From assembly GCA_000004985.1 (NCBI GenBank), contig GG738857.1: a stretch of 64,000 bases of DNA; one strand, 5' to 3'. Below, in pieces: positions 43,742 to 54,338 of the stretch. Source of the DNA: Naegleria gruberi (lineage: Eukaryota). The notes below the pieces were generated by a model. That model made no database searches. It saw only the letters and a list, made by a program, of their open reading frames with translations, and was not told the DNA's origin. The stretch's first letter is position 1, and every line of letters starts with the position of its first letter. The position numbers were made by a program, and so were the translations under genes.

Positions 43742-45613
43742 ATGAAATCTGCAGTTAAACCTTCATCATCATCCAAACATTTGTATTACTTTCCACTCAG
43801 CACAATTATCGTGGATGGATCAACAAGAAGTTTGTCATCCATGCTTTCTGAGAAAGCCACAACAACAGAAGAGGAAGTTATTAGAAAGTCAATAATGAGT
43901 AGAAGTAAGAGTGTTTCGTCTGCTTCAGGTTCTTTCGGTTCTACTCAACTTACAGTTGGTCCACTCTATACGAATGATTCGTCATCTGGTTGTAGTAGTT
44001 CTCCTTCACAATTAACTATTGATAGCAATGCAACGTTTACTGAATTTCATGATGGAAGATCATTCACGGTTCCATGCATTGTCGAATTGAGAGATCGCTT
44101 TCAACAATATTTAAAGTCAACTAGTGGAAATTCTGGTGATTTCCTATTGAAATTGCATAAATTAATGTTTTTAGATGAGTTTTATGATCCAACAAGGAAT
44201 AGAAGAAAGAGAATTGAGAATTGTGAAACATTATTCAGAATGTGTGATCAATATTTGACATTGATTCATATTCAATCAAAAAATTCACTTTCCTTTTCAT
44301 TATTAGATACATTTCCATATTTGTATAACTTCGAGGAAATGCAAAAGATTCAACCTGACAATTCCATTTTGAAAAATCACGAATATTTGGTGAAATGGTT
44401 CAGAAAACAATCTGAAAATTTAAAGAAATATTTGTCAGAGAAAGCTAGTCAAGAAATTGAAGTTTCCTCTTCACCTGAAGATAATACTGGAATGTTCTTG
44501 TCACCTTCAGTATCATCAACAACACTAAGTTTTGTAAATTCTCCAACATTGTCATTCCCTGGAAGTGATGTTGGACAGCCACTAGAAAAGACAAATCCCT
44601 CTTCTCAATTATTACTAGAATATTTGGATGAAAATGAATTGAAAATGTTAATTTACATGTTGAGTTCTGAATTGGAAGATTACTTTTCACTTTTTCAAAA
44701 AGCTAATCCCAAGTTTGTTAAAAAGTGGTTGGAAAAGAATGTAAAGAGTTTGCCAAACTATATTATTGACACAATTTCCAAAAAGAGAAAGAAATATTTA
44801 CACTATCATGAAAACTACAAATTAACTGAAGAAGATTTGAATATGAAAACAATTCTAGACTCTGATTTTGAATTCATTCAATATTTGGCCGAACATACTG
44901 AAGATTGGAAGATTCTAATGGATTCAAATCCAATAATAGCAGGATTTAAATCAAAAGAAAATTATTGTAAATTTACTGACATGAAAATGCAAAAATTCGT
45001 TACAACGGTCAATTATTCACTGGAAAATGTATTGAAAACCATGTTTGCTAACATTGAAGAATTAGGAGGTAGTGATAACATGATTGAAAGTTCTGAATAT
45101 CATCACTATACTGAAATTGATCCTTCCATTTCGAGTAGAAAATATTCTACTGTAATTCAAACATCATTGTGGAATTATGGATCAATATTCAAGAAACGTG
45201 CATTGGAAAATGTCATGTCATGCAAGGCAACATTTTGTGGAGATGAAATACAAGATGCCATTCATCTCTACAAGACATGTTCCTATGTTTCTAATAAGAA
45301 TGAAGATTCCAAAGCTCCAATTAAAATTATTGTGGTAGGAGGCAGAATATATTCCAAAATAGATTCAAATAGAACAAGAATTGTAGATGTAAGAATGTTC
45401 AATATTGGTGGGATTGTTGGAAACTTTGATTTTGTAACTTCAAACAAGTTGGTAGTGAAAAAGTCAATTGATGGAATTCTAGAATACTTGAAAAAAGCCA
45501 TGACCAATGCAGAAATGGAAGGTTTTCCAGTTCCTGATAGTTCTAAACACATTTGGAGAACACTAGTCGATTACTGTAGAGTGCATTGTAAAGTAGATAT
45601 TTCTAAATGGTAA
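43742..45613 (+). CDS. Novel-family protein, tandem paralog B (623 aa)
   Basis: See paralog A. It lies 225 nt downstream on the same strand. Confidence 0.65.
   Translation: MKSAVKPSSSSKHLYYFPLSTIIVDGSTRSLSSMLSEKATTTEEEVIRKSIMSRSKSVSSASGSFGSTQLTVGPLYTNDSSSGCSSSPSQLTIDSNATFTEFHDGRSFTVPCIVELRDRFQQYLKSTSGNSGDFLLKLHKLMFLDEFYDPTRNRRKRIENCETLFRMCDQYLTLIHIQSKNSLSFSLLDTFPYLYNFEEMQKIQPDNSILKNHEYLVKWFRKQSENLKKYLSEKASQEIEVSSSPEDNTGMFLSPSVSSTTLSFVNSPTLSFPGSDVGQPLEKTNPSSQLLLEYLDENELKMLIYMLSSELEDYFSLFQKANPKFVKKWLEKNVKSLPNYIIDTISKKRKKYLHYHENYKLTEEDLNMKTILDSDFEFIQYLAEHTEDWKILMDSNPIIAGFKSKENYCKFTDMKMQKFVTTVNYSLENVLKTMFANIEELGGSDNMIESSEYHHYTEIDPSISSRKYSTVIQTSLWNYGSIFKKRALENVMSCKATFCGDEIQDAIHLYKTCSYVSNKNEDSKAPIKIIVVGGRIYSKIDSNRTRIVDVRMFNIGGIVGNFDFVTSNKLVVKKSIDGILEYLKKAMTNAEMEGFPVPDSSKHIWRTLVDYCRVHCKVDISKW
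44153..44435 (+). repeat. Second copy of the 283-nt conversion tract
   Basis: Matches 42044..42326 at about 98% identity. Confidence 0.8.
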
Positions 45614-45623
45614 ATTAAAATAT

Positions 45624-47363
45624 TTAATCTACATTATTGAGCAACTCGTCCATCTTTCTCTTTTTTGATTGTGATTCCTCTTCGTCTTCTGATTCACTCG
45701 AATAATATTCAGCATATTCGCTATCAGAATCAAATACTTCATCAAACTCCTTAGTTTCCTCTCTGTATCGTTTTGGTTTTGGAATATCATATACTTCACT
45801 TCTTGTACCCCAATAATTAAACCAATCTTTGTATTCCCTCTCATCTAGTTCTTTTACAAGTTTTCTGAGTCTCCAATTTTGTTTCAATCTATTTGAGGCA
45901 TACTCAATGCTATAAGAATTATCCTTCACAGCCTCTGTAACAATTTCTAGATCATCCTTGAATGTATCAGATACATGCTGGAGTACAAATCCATTACCTT
46001 TAACAGTCTCCAAAATAAACTCTCTATCACTTTTCAACTCCTCTGGAATCTGCTGGAAAAGTGCTGAGTTTTTTTTGAGTGCATTCAATAGCATGTTTCT
46101 GTCAACATTACCAAAATCTTTCATTTTCTCTAAAATTAATGGAACATTTTCTCGTGATAAAAGTGTGGCCTTCTTAATGTCATCCTCTCTTTCCATAATA
46201 TATTCTATTGCATTGGTGTGAGTGGATGTTGTCATGGATAGAACTTCCCAGTCATTTTGTAAATCAGGATCAGCATACACAATAGCACTTCCATCATTGG
46301 AAACGGCTGCCAAAACAATTTCCTTATCTGCCTGAAGCTCTTCTGAGGCATATTCCAAAGATAGCCCACAATTTCTTACTGCATTCAATACAATTTCACG
46401 ATCATCTCCATAATCTTCCCAAATATAACTCAAAACTTCTCCATTTTCATTTACACATTCCAAAATGAAATCTCTATCCTGATATAGTTCATCACACGAA
46501 TATTGAATTGCATATGGAAAGGTTTTGATAGCTTCCAAAATGATTTCGTTGTCTCGGAGGAATTCATTGTTCACAAATTGAATAGCCTCTCCATTATTCT
46601 TTAGGGCAAGTAAAACCATTTCTCTGGTTTGATTCTCTGCATAAAACAACATTTCCCCACAATGTCTCACCATACGGCAGAAATCTTTTGTGTTCACATA
46701 AAATGGTTGTCGGAACTGCCAGTCATCCAATGGATTCTGACTATATTTTACAGATATTCTTTGCAGTTCGTCACTGGCATCTAGGTCCAGTTCAAAGATA
46801 TTTAGATCTGGATGCTCTTTTGTTAATCGTTTAAGAAAATCCATATTCGTTTGGTAATGCTGACCAGTCGCAAAAACTCCTGAATTCAAAGCCACGTACT
46901 TTCCCACACTTTGACTGATATAATATTCATCATTTTCCAAATAAGGATCATCAATACATGCAATTTCAAATAGCTCTGTACAAGCATGTCCACATGAATC
47001 CACAAATTGATAAGCTGATCCATCGTTCTTAATAGCTTCCTTACAAACATCATAAGTGACCAAACCATGATCTGAAACACAACTCAGAGCATACCCATTT
47101 TGTTTAACAGCTTCTAACAACAATCCATACTCTACAATTTCATCATCATTGAAATATTCCATTGCCATTCCATTGTGTTGTACAGCTTTTAAAGCAAGCT
47201 TCTCACGAAGATCATCGCTAGCCAAGTCAATCAATTCACAACAATACATGCCAGCCTTTAACATGAATTCTTCATCGGAGCCTAATATTTTCATCATTGA
47301 AGCTTCAATAGGAAAGTCAGAACAAACCGATGGATAATATTCCATGAGCCTCATGTTAATCAT
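45624..47363 (-). CDS. DUF4116-like repeat protein (paralog of the gene at the window start) with an acidic/NLS-like tail
   Basis: 579-aa ORF containing about 10 repeats of the type REIVLNAVRNCGLSLEYASEELQADKEIVLAAVSNDGSAIVYA. C-terminus SESEDEEESQSKKRKMDELL. Confidence 0.6.
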   Translation of the reverse strand: MINMRLMEYYPSVCSDFPIEASMMKILGSDEEFMLKAGMYCCELIDLASDDLREKLALKAVQHNGMAMEYFNDDEIVEYGLLLEAVKQNGYALSCVSDHGLVTYDVCKEAIKNDGSAYQFVDSCGHACTELFEIACIDDPYLENDEYYISQSVGKYVALNSGVFATGQHYQTNMDFLKRLTKEHPDLNIFELDLDASDELQRISVKYSQNPLDDWQFRQPFYVNTKDFCRMVRHCGEMLFYAENQTREMVLLALKNNGEAIQFVNNEFLRDNEIILEAIKTFPYAIQYSCDELYQDRDFILECVNENGEVLSYIWEDYGDDREIVLNAVRNCGLSLEYASEELQADKEIVLAAVSNDGSAIVYADPDLQNDWEVLSMTTSTHTNAIEYIMEREDDIKKATLLSRENVPLILEKMKDFGNVDRNMLLNALKKNSALFQQIPEELKSDREFILETVKGNGFVLQHVSDTFKDDLEIVTEAVKDNSYSIEYASNRLKQNWRLRKLVKELDEREYKDWFNYWGTRSEVYDIPKPKRYREETKEFDEVFDSDSEYAEYYSSESEDEEESQSKKRKMDELLNNVD

Positions 47364-47973
47364 ATTTAACGTTGAGAAACTTGGTTCTTTCTTGTGATGT
47401 TTCCATCAAGTGTTTTTTCAACAACCTCCGCAGCCATAATTCATCATGATCACCATCACCATCACGATTAGAATATTCCAATAATGATGGATTCGATGAT
47501 GATGTTGTTATTTGATGATGAAAATCTATCAAAGTAATCACAACGTTATCTTGTCGGGACATTTTTTCTTGTTTCTACCAAAGAATGGAAATGTTCACTG
47601 TTGTACATTTGCAGGAACTATTTACACTTGTTTTGTTGCAACATGGGTATCTGTGGTTTTTTTTAAATTAATTATATATATATTTAAAATTATTGTTAAC
47701 GGTACCCAACAGCGCCATTTCTACTATTGGGCAGTCTAGACTACGGCACTGAGTCAATTCTGGTTTCAAATTGTAACAATAATTATTTTAATAATCAATT
47801 CACTTGCTGTAGTAAAATAGAATTTTCAACAGAGTTCAGGTCAACTTGGAAATTTCTAAACGGAATAAATCAATTTCTCCATTGTCGCATCCAGTGAATT
47901 TCACAATCCAACGAAATTCCACTGTATCCACTAATAACATGTCAATAGTTTGGACTGTTCGAAAGAAAAAAAA

Positions 47974-49717
47974 ATGTTACTCACTGCTTTCACCATACTT
48001 TCGTATAGTTTATTGTTTATTCTTTCTGTTGCTTTTCTATTTCTACTGCACAGATATGTAGTTTATAGAAAACATTGTAAAATGGTTTCACATATTCCTG
48101 GTCATTGTCAATTTGTTCCTCCGCCACTTGTCAAATTTATTCCACAATTTTTACGAGATGAAAATTGGATTACTGACATGGGTGATGTTTTTTCATTGGA
48201 TACTTTATTAAACAGCCAGAAGAAATTCAAAACAGATCATTACAAAATGGTCTTTGGATTCTTAAATGCTCCAATGATAATTATTGATAATCCAAAAATG
48301 GGAAAGGAAATTGCAACCAAGAAGAAATTTAAAAAACCAAACATGTTAAAATCAGCTCAAGTTGAACTATTTTCTGGAACTAATATTTTTGTAGAAGATG
48401 AATATCATACTTGGTTACATCAGAGACAATTAATGGATCCAAGTTTTACTCCAGAAAGTTTGAGAATGGTTGCACATGTTACTTCTGAAACTGTTCGAAA
48501 CGATATGATTCCATTTATAGAAAGTAATAGAAATGGAAATGATATTATGGGTGATTTTGCAAAATTAACAATGAATGTTATTGGAATTGCTGGATTTGGT
48601 AAGTTTTTATTGATTATTTTTTATATGATAAATTCGAATTGTAAAAGGTTACAATTTTGATACTTTCAATAATAAGGATGAAAATAGTTTGGAAAAGAAA
48701 TCAGCTCTCTATATTAATTCAATTAATACTTATAGAACTTGTCCAAAAGTTATTAGAAACCACATTAATATTGGATTGTTTGGGAAGGTTAGAGATGCAG
48801 CCACATGTTTCAAACAAGCTATTGGAAAGATTATTCAAAAAAGAGAAATTCATGAAGAAAATGAATCAACTTCAGATGACCAAAAGTCAGACGTCTTGTC
48901 AATCTTATTAAGAGAAAGAAAAACTAAACAGAAAGATGAAAATGGCTCTCTCACCAATGATGAACTAATCTCTAACTCGTTTGTTCTTTTAGTTGCCGGC
49001 CATGAGGTTCGTGTTTTATAATTAATTTTACAAGTATTTTACAAAATATTTGAGACAACTGCAAGAACTCTTGGATTTGCAACTTTTGTGTTGGCAACTA
49101 ATGAAACAGTTCAACAACAAGTTCATGAATTCATTGATGGATTTGTCAAGCAAAATAATGGAAGGGAACATTTCGATTATGATGATTTTGCATCTGGTAA
49201 ATTGGATTATCTCAGAGCTCTATTCCGTGAAACTTTGAGATTATATCCAGTGGCATTGGGTGTTCCAAGAGAGCTCACTTCCAATTCATCAGAATTTAAC
49301 AATGTTTTACTGCCAAAAGGTTCACTAGTTCTCTATTCATGGGCAAATACATTGAGAAATGAGGAATATTGGAAGGATGCCGAAACATTTAATCCTCTCA
49401 GATTTTTGAAAGATGAAGATGAAAGAAGAATGGGTGTTTTTGGTGCATTGCATAATCCACAAACTAATCCATTTGTTTATTCTGTATTTGGAATTGGTGG
49501 AAGAGTTTGTATTGTAAGTTTTTACAACTAATTGAAATCTAATAATACCTTGTAGGGAAGATATTTTAGTGAAGTTGAATCAGTTATTGCTCTTGCCTAT
49601 CTCACAAGAAAGTATTCATTCAAATTGTCTGATCCAAATTATAAGCTTGTATTAAAGACAAGAGTGACACTCTCTCCACAGGACACTATTCTCATTGATT
49701 ATGTTCCTAGAAATTAG
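47974..49717 (+). CDS. Cytochrome P450 monooxygenase (4 exons)
   Basis: Exons 47974..48598, 48648..49006, 49055..49513 and 49556..49717. Introns: 48599..48647 (GTAAGT..AAAAG), 49007..49054 (GTTCGT..TTGAG) and 49514..49555 (GTAAGT..TGTAG). N-terminal TM anchor. The I-helix AGHE|TT is split by intron 2. ETLRLYP (ExxR), heme loop FGIGGRVCI|G split by intron 3. Classic C-terminus. Confidence 0.85.
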
Positions 49718-49847
49718 ATCAAGAATTGAGAGAGTTATTGTTAAACAATCAGATCAATAAAGTTGTAAAACTCTCAATAGTATCATGTATAATATTTATT
49801 TGATTGTTAAATGGAATAGAATTTCAAGTCTTGTACACCTCTGCTGA

Positions 49848-50294
49848 TCAATCAGATTGTTTATCACGCTTTTTGTTGTAATACTTTTGATAGCACGAAT
49901 TGCAAATCAAACCAAGTCCAATATCTTTTCCCAAATACTTGTTGTAATCATCGATTGTTGTGTAGGAGGTATTATGTTTGCTGGCGAGTGAAGTTGCACC
50001 TCCACAATTTACACATTTTGACAAGTGTTTCTTCAAGGAATTCAAATCTTCATCATTTAAACATTCAATTTCCTCCTCTTCGTCATGATCGTTATATTCT
50101 TCAATTTCATCTCTAGGTCCAGTCCCCAACTCTTCATCCATCTTGTCTTTGCGAATTGGTTTTTGAGTGGCAATTGAAACCACACATACAGTTTTATAAC
50201 CAACTCCGTACTCTTTCAAGTCTGCCTTTACGTTCAATTTTGACGGCCACCTTAAAGAAGTTTCTCTTTTTCTTATAATAGATGTGACTGGCAA
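49848..50294 (-). CDS. Small ORF with a zinc-ribbon-like C-x2-C...C-x2-C motif; possibly the frameshifted 3' continuation of the upstream ATPase gene
   Basis: 148-aa ORF overlapping the 3' end of ORF 50194..52068 in another frame across an A-rich run. Contains CVNCGG...CNSCYQKY. Confidence 0.3.
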   Translation of the reverse strand: MPVTSIIRKRETSLRWPSKLNVKADLKEYGVGYKTVCVVSIATQKPIRKDKMDEELGTGPRDEIEEYNDHDEEEEIECLNDEDLNSLKKHLSKCVNCGGATSLASKHNTSYTTIDDYNKYLGKDIGLGLICNSCYQKYYNKKRDKQSD

Positions 50295-52068
50295 GGTAAT
50301 CTTTTTCTAATTGTAATCTTAAATAGAAACAATGTTTGATAGGATCAATACTTCTATCAAAGTAAATCTTCAATCTGGTAAATCTAAGGAATTCTAGGAG
50401 TCCAATCCTTTCACAATTTTCCTGAGTGATGGTTTTAACTTTGTTAATATCAATCAGTGGGCTAAATCTTAATAGGAATAATTCAGTATCTTGTTTAACA
50501 TACATGTCAAACAGTGTACCATTCAACACAAGCTCCTTAATTGTTGAAGTTTTCCCATCCTGCTCTATTTCGCTCTCTTGTATCATAGCTGGGACAAATT
50601 GGTCCTCTGTTTCATTGGTGCTGTTGGTTCCAACAACTGAAGGTTCTTCTTTGAGAATCAAAGGAATTGACGCATTGGATGGGTTGTTATCATCTCTGGA
50701 TTTTAGAGATGATGTAATGATTGATTCAATACCTCTTAGAAGAGCACTACCACCAGAGCTTTCTTCAATAATTTCACATGATTCAACATTCTTATTCAAA
50801 TATTCATCTTTTAGGTAGGGGCTCAATTCTTTTTTAACTTGTTCTAATCTTTCAACTGAAACCATTTTTTCCAAACTTTTTCTAAAATACACTAGCTTGG
50901 TAATGGCTCCACAGAAATATAAGAGTTTAACACCATTGTGAAACATCATCATGGCCAATGGTTTGGTAATCTTCTCGAGTGCTTGTTGAATTTCATCTTC
51001 CAAATCTTGATAATGAGGTGGAAGTTCTTCACTCTCTGGATCATCAAATAGTTCAGCCATAGCTTCACATGGATCAATACCATGCTTGGTAAAAACGTCA
51101 TGAATCAATGAAATGCCACTTGCATTTCCATTCTTGAATGTTACAATCGGTTCCTTCTCTTTCATCTCAAGCATGATAACATCAAGAGTCAGATGTCCTA
51201 AATCAGCAATCATAACACCACTATTACTGACGAGTAAACTGGCATGGACAAAATGCTGCAAACAAGAACTCTCTTCCGTAATGTAGACGTCATTAAGATT
51301 GAGCGTGTTTGATGAAAGTCTTGTAAAGGCATCAAGAATCGCATTTCTATAAATCAACTTTACATAATCTGATGTACCAGTTGGACATGTGAAAAACAAT
51401 GCGCTCACACCATGGAAATATGACTTGTTGCGTGTTTTTTTAGTGGTCAAATTTTTGAAAATGTTTGTAGTAATTAATGAAATTAAATCAGCAACCCTTT
51501 CTCTTCTGCCACCCTTGAACTCAATTTCTAATAACTCTGAGACCATGAACACCTTTTTGATATTCTCAATTTCTTCCCATGATGATGGGGATGTTGAGAC
51601 CTCTTCAGGAGAGCCAGTTTTTACTTCAGGAGAACCAGTTTGGTTGACCCTTATCCAAGATCTACTTGGAAGAAAATCTTTTTTGTCTCCATCAAACCTC
51701 AAGAATCTGCAGAGAAGGTCGGTTCCTTCTTTCGGTACAGTACAATTACATGCCTTAATAAAACTTGAACCCATATCAATATAATAGATTGTCTTTCCAA
51801 TATACTTGGAAACGTTGAATTCTTTTTGGAGAGAAGGAAGATTATCAACTGATTCCAAACTACTTGGTGCAACTTTGGATTTGGTTTGAGTTCTAACGAC
51901 TTGGAAGGCTTCTTGTCCATCGTAAATTACTTGGTGGACATGTTCGTTTATATCCTCAGCTTGATTGTTCTCTTCTGTTTTCTTGTCGGTGGTTGTTTTT
52001 CGTTGTTTTGGCACTGGTTGGTGTTTACAGTCTTTCCTCTTGCTGTTTTTCCTTTTTCTTGCTGGCAT
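50194..52068 (-). CDS. Actin-fold ATPase domain protein (HSPA12-like atypical Hsp70)
   Basis: 624-aa ORF with a basic N-terminus (MPARKRKNSKRK). Phosphate-1-like YYIDMGSSFIKA, phosphate-2-like MIADLGHLTLD, connect-like FFTCPTGTSDYVKLIYRNAILDA. The assignment is tentative. Confidence 0.5.
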   Translation of the reverse strand: MPARKRKNSKRKDCKHQPVPKQRKTTTDKKTEENNQAEDINEHVHQVIYDGQEAFQVVRTQTKSKVAPSSLESVDNLPSLQKEFNVSKYIGKTIYYIDMGSSFIKACNCTVPKEGTDLLCRFLRFDGDKKDFLPSRSWIRVNQTGSPEVKTGSPEEVSTSPSSWEEIENIKKVFMVSELLEIEFKGGRRERVADLISLITTNIFKNLTTKKTRNKSYFHGVSALFFTCPTGTSDYVKLIYRNAILDAFTRLSSNTLNLNDVYITEESSCLQHFVHASLLVSNSGVMIADLGHLTLDVIMLEMKEKEPIVTFKNGNASGISLIHDVFTKHGIDPCEAMAELFDDPESEELPPHYQDLEDEIQQALEKITKPLAMMMFHNGVKLLYFCGAITKLVYFRKSLEKMVSVERLEQVKKELSPYLKDEYLNKNVESCEIIEESSGGSALLRGIESIITSSLKSRDDNNPSNASIPLILKEEPSVVGTNSTNETEDQFVPAMIQESEIEQDGKTSTIKELVLNGTLFDMYVKQDTELFLLRFSPLIDINKVKTITQENCERIGLLEFLRFTRLKIYFDRSIDPIKHCFYLRLQLEKDYLASHIYYKKKRNFFKVAVKIERKGRLERVRSWL

Positions 52069-52454
52069 GAGTTGTTTTATTTTTTTATCTGTTTTTTATT
52101 TAAATATTTTTTTGAGTTTACAAGAAATTTTGACCAGAACAAAAAAGTTAGTTCCAATGCAACCTCCTTTCCAGCATTTGGTTTGCTTGTTGAGTATACC
52201 ACTACAATACCCTACCAACCGAAACCATCTCGCCGAGACAAGCAATCCAGCTTGTTAGTATCCAAGTTTGCTGTTTGTAAAATTCATAACTTTGCTTTAA
52301 ATCAATCTTGTGGATTTCCGAGAAAGCGAGAACGTTTTTAAACGTAGTAGAATCAAATCATCGTGAAGCTGTTTGTTTTTTCAACTTAACACTATGCACT
52401 TCGTTTTGCTTTAGCCCCTCAGTATTAGGAGTTTGAGTTGTTATTAGTAGTGGT

Positions 52455-52478
52455 AGTATTCATTAATTAATGAATACT
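52455..52478. repeat. Perfect 24-bp palindrome AGTATTCATTAATTAATGAATACT in an intergenic region
   Basis: Identical to its own reverse complement. Lies between the start of the ATPase gene and the 3' end of the polyproline-protein gene. Confidence 0.6.
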
Positions 52479-52706
52479 ATCTAGAAAGACAAGCGTCCCT
52501 CTGAGCAAGCTCATGTAGTCCTAAAATCTACAACCTTTTTGTTAGTAAAATCACACTTATTTTGTTATTAACAAAACAACATCTTTCTTATCAAAATCGG
52601 AATAATGGTCTTGCTGGACATGATTTTAAGCTCGTTTCCTTTGGAATGATGTTACGTTTTGCTTCAAATCATTCCCTCTCTCAGGAAATCCTGTAGAATG
52701 TTGGTT

Positions 52707-54338
52707 TTACATGAATTGAGAAAAAAATTCCTCAATATTATCCAACACCTTGTCAAAAGTAACCTCTTTGAGTTCTTTTAGTGGTTCAAGATGCGAGACA
52801 TCATGATCTGTACGCTTCTCCTCATCGTCTGTACACTTCTCTTTATCCTCTTTCTTGCCAGATCTAAAATAACAAAAAGGAGTCCAATAGAATATTTCAC
52901 CAGCAGCCTTTCCACAAATAACAATGTCCTCAAACCCACAAACGATAGCACAATAGTGGAAATCGTACTTTCCTTTCACATAGTATAAATTCTTTTCCTT
53001 ATATTCAAAATCGTAGACATCACCAATTCCATCTGAATAAAATCTCATAGAATCTTGCAGAGCACGATATTTCTGCGAAAATATTGAGTCTCTCTGGATT
53101 GATCTATATTCTGCAATGAGATCTAAAACAAAACCATACACTTGATCTTTGATTTTTGGATTTCTTGTTTCGGCTACATCTCCATACTGATGATGAGTTG
53201 TCGGTTCCTCATCTACCCAAAATATTGTAAGAGGATCAAGATCTTCAACATCCCCTATTTGTGCTGGTTCAATTGAAGCAGATAGAGTCTTTCTTCTTCT
53301 TGTTGGTATTTCAATATTTTCCCAAACAGATTGATTCATCACAGATTCACAAGGATTTTCATCCTTTCTAATATTAATGAGGTATCCTCTAAGAAATACA
53401 ATACACATTACAGAATTACACAATGACTCAAAACTTAGTTCCTCAAGTCCTGAGATGTGTTTTTGCACTGCATTTTGCACAAGACAATCATCAGAGCCAA
53501 AGCATTCTTTCTCAAATATATTTTCTGCTGGATCTAAAATATGAATCTTGAAGAATTCGTAGGGGTTTGTTGAATCACTATCTTTTTCAGGTCTAAAATG
53601 TACAAGTTTAAACGTTCCACCATTTGACTTTCTCAAGGTTACTATATAGGTTTGTTCTCCATCATTATCATAACATTTTCCTGAAATGAATTGATTTGCA
53701 ATATGTGGTAAACAGAATTTGGTTGCAATTTCAGAGGAAACAGAGAAAGAGGCCACCGATCTATAAGTTAAATCCATTACATATTTGGCCATATTTTCAG
53801 TGTGTTGAGAATCATCTCCAAATTTCATTAAATCAATTAAGGAATCAATTTGATGCGTTAATGGACACCAACGATAATCCACACCATCCCTTTCCTCACG
53901 AAATTTCTCATTTCCAAAATAACTAACAGGTGCACGAAGCTGCTGTTGCTGATTTTGATTATTATTCTTTTTCTTCTTTTTACCTGGTTGTTGATTGACT
54001 GGAGGGGGTGGAGGTGGAGGTGGTGGAAGAGGAGGGGGTGGTGGATTTTTAGCATACTCATAAGAACTCAGAATGCAATCCAAATAACGATCTATCTTCT
54101 TAACGCCTGCAATTCCTAACATTATTCTAAAGAATACCTCCATTTGAAAATTTCCCCTAATTGTAAACAATAAATTGTCAAAAGAGCTATCAAATATTCT
54201 TTTCTGCGAAATTTCAACCAATTTTTCCAATGAGGAATCGTTCAATTCCCTTGCCAAATAATAATGACCAACTCCCCTTGTTAATTTCACATTCTGATGC
54301 AAGACAACTGGCTCATTAGCGCATGTGAAAAATTTCAC
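52707..54338 (-). CDS. Hypothetical protein with a P12-14 polyproline tract; the 5' part of the gene continues upstream across the assembly gap
   Basis: 543-aa ORF (alternative GTG at 54338, open in frame upstream without an ATG). PPPPLPPPPPPPPPV tract. Likely further 5' exons exist in 54700..55079 (ORFs MNDKNKQAK... and MLKRLVEDF...). Confidence 0.45.
   Translation of the reverse strand: MKFFTCANEPVVLHQNVKLTRGVGHYYLARELNDSSLEKLVEISQKRIFDSSFDNLLFTIRGNFQMEVFFRIMLGIAGVKKIDRYLDCILSSYEYAKNPPPPPLPPPPPPPPPVNQQPGKKKKKNNNQNQQQQLRAPVSYFGNEKFREERDGVDYRWCPLTHQIDSLIDLMKFGDDSQHTENMAKYVMDLTYRSVASFSVSSEIATKFCLPHIANQFISGKCYDNDGEQTYIVTLRKSNGGTFKLVHFRPEKDSDSTNPYEFFKIHILDPAENIFEKECFGSDDCLVQNAVQKHISGLEELSFESLCNSVMCIVFLRGYLINIRKDENPCESVMNQSVWENIEIPTRRRKTLSASIEPAQIGDVEDLDPLTIFWVDEEPTTHHQYGDVAETRNPKIKDQVYGFVLDLIAEYRSIQRDSIFSQKYRALQDSMRFYSDGIGDVYDFEYKEKNLYYVKGKYDFHYCAIVCGFEDIVICGKAAGEIFYWTPFCYFRSGKKEDKEKCTDDEEKRTDHDVSHLEPLKELKEVTFDKVLDNIEEFFSQFM

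Noticed and set aside
47356-47562. 68-aa minus ORF overlapping the DUF4116 gene start in another frame
   Set aside because: No GT-AG intron (minimum 40 nt) can join it to the main ORF and it is low-complexity. More likely 5' UTR.
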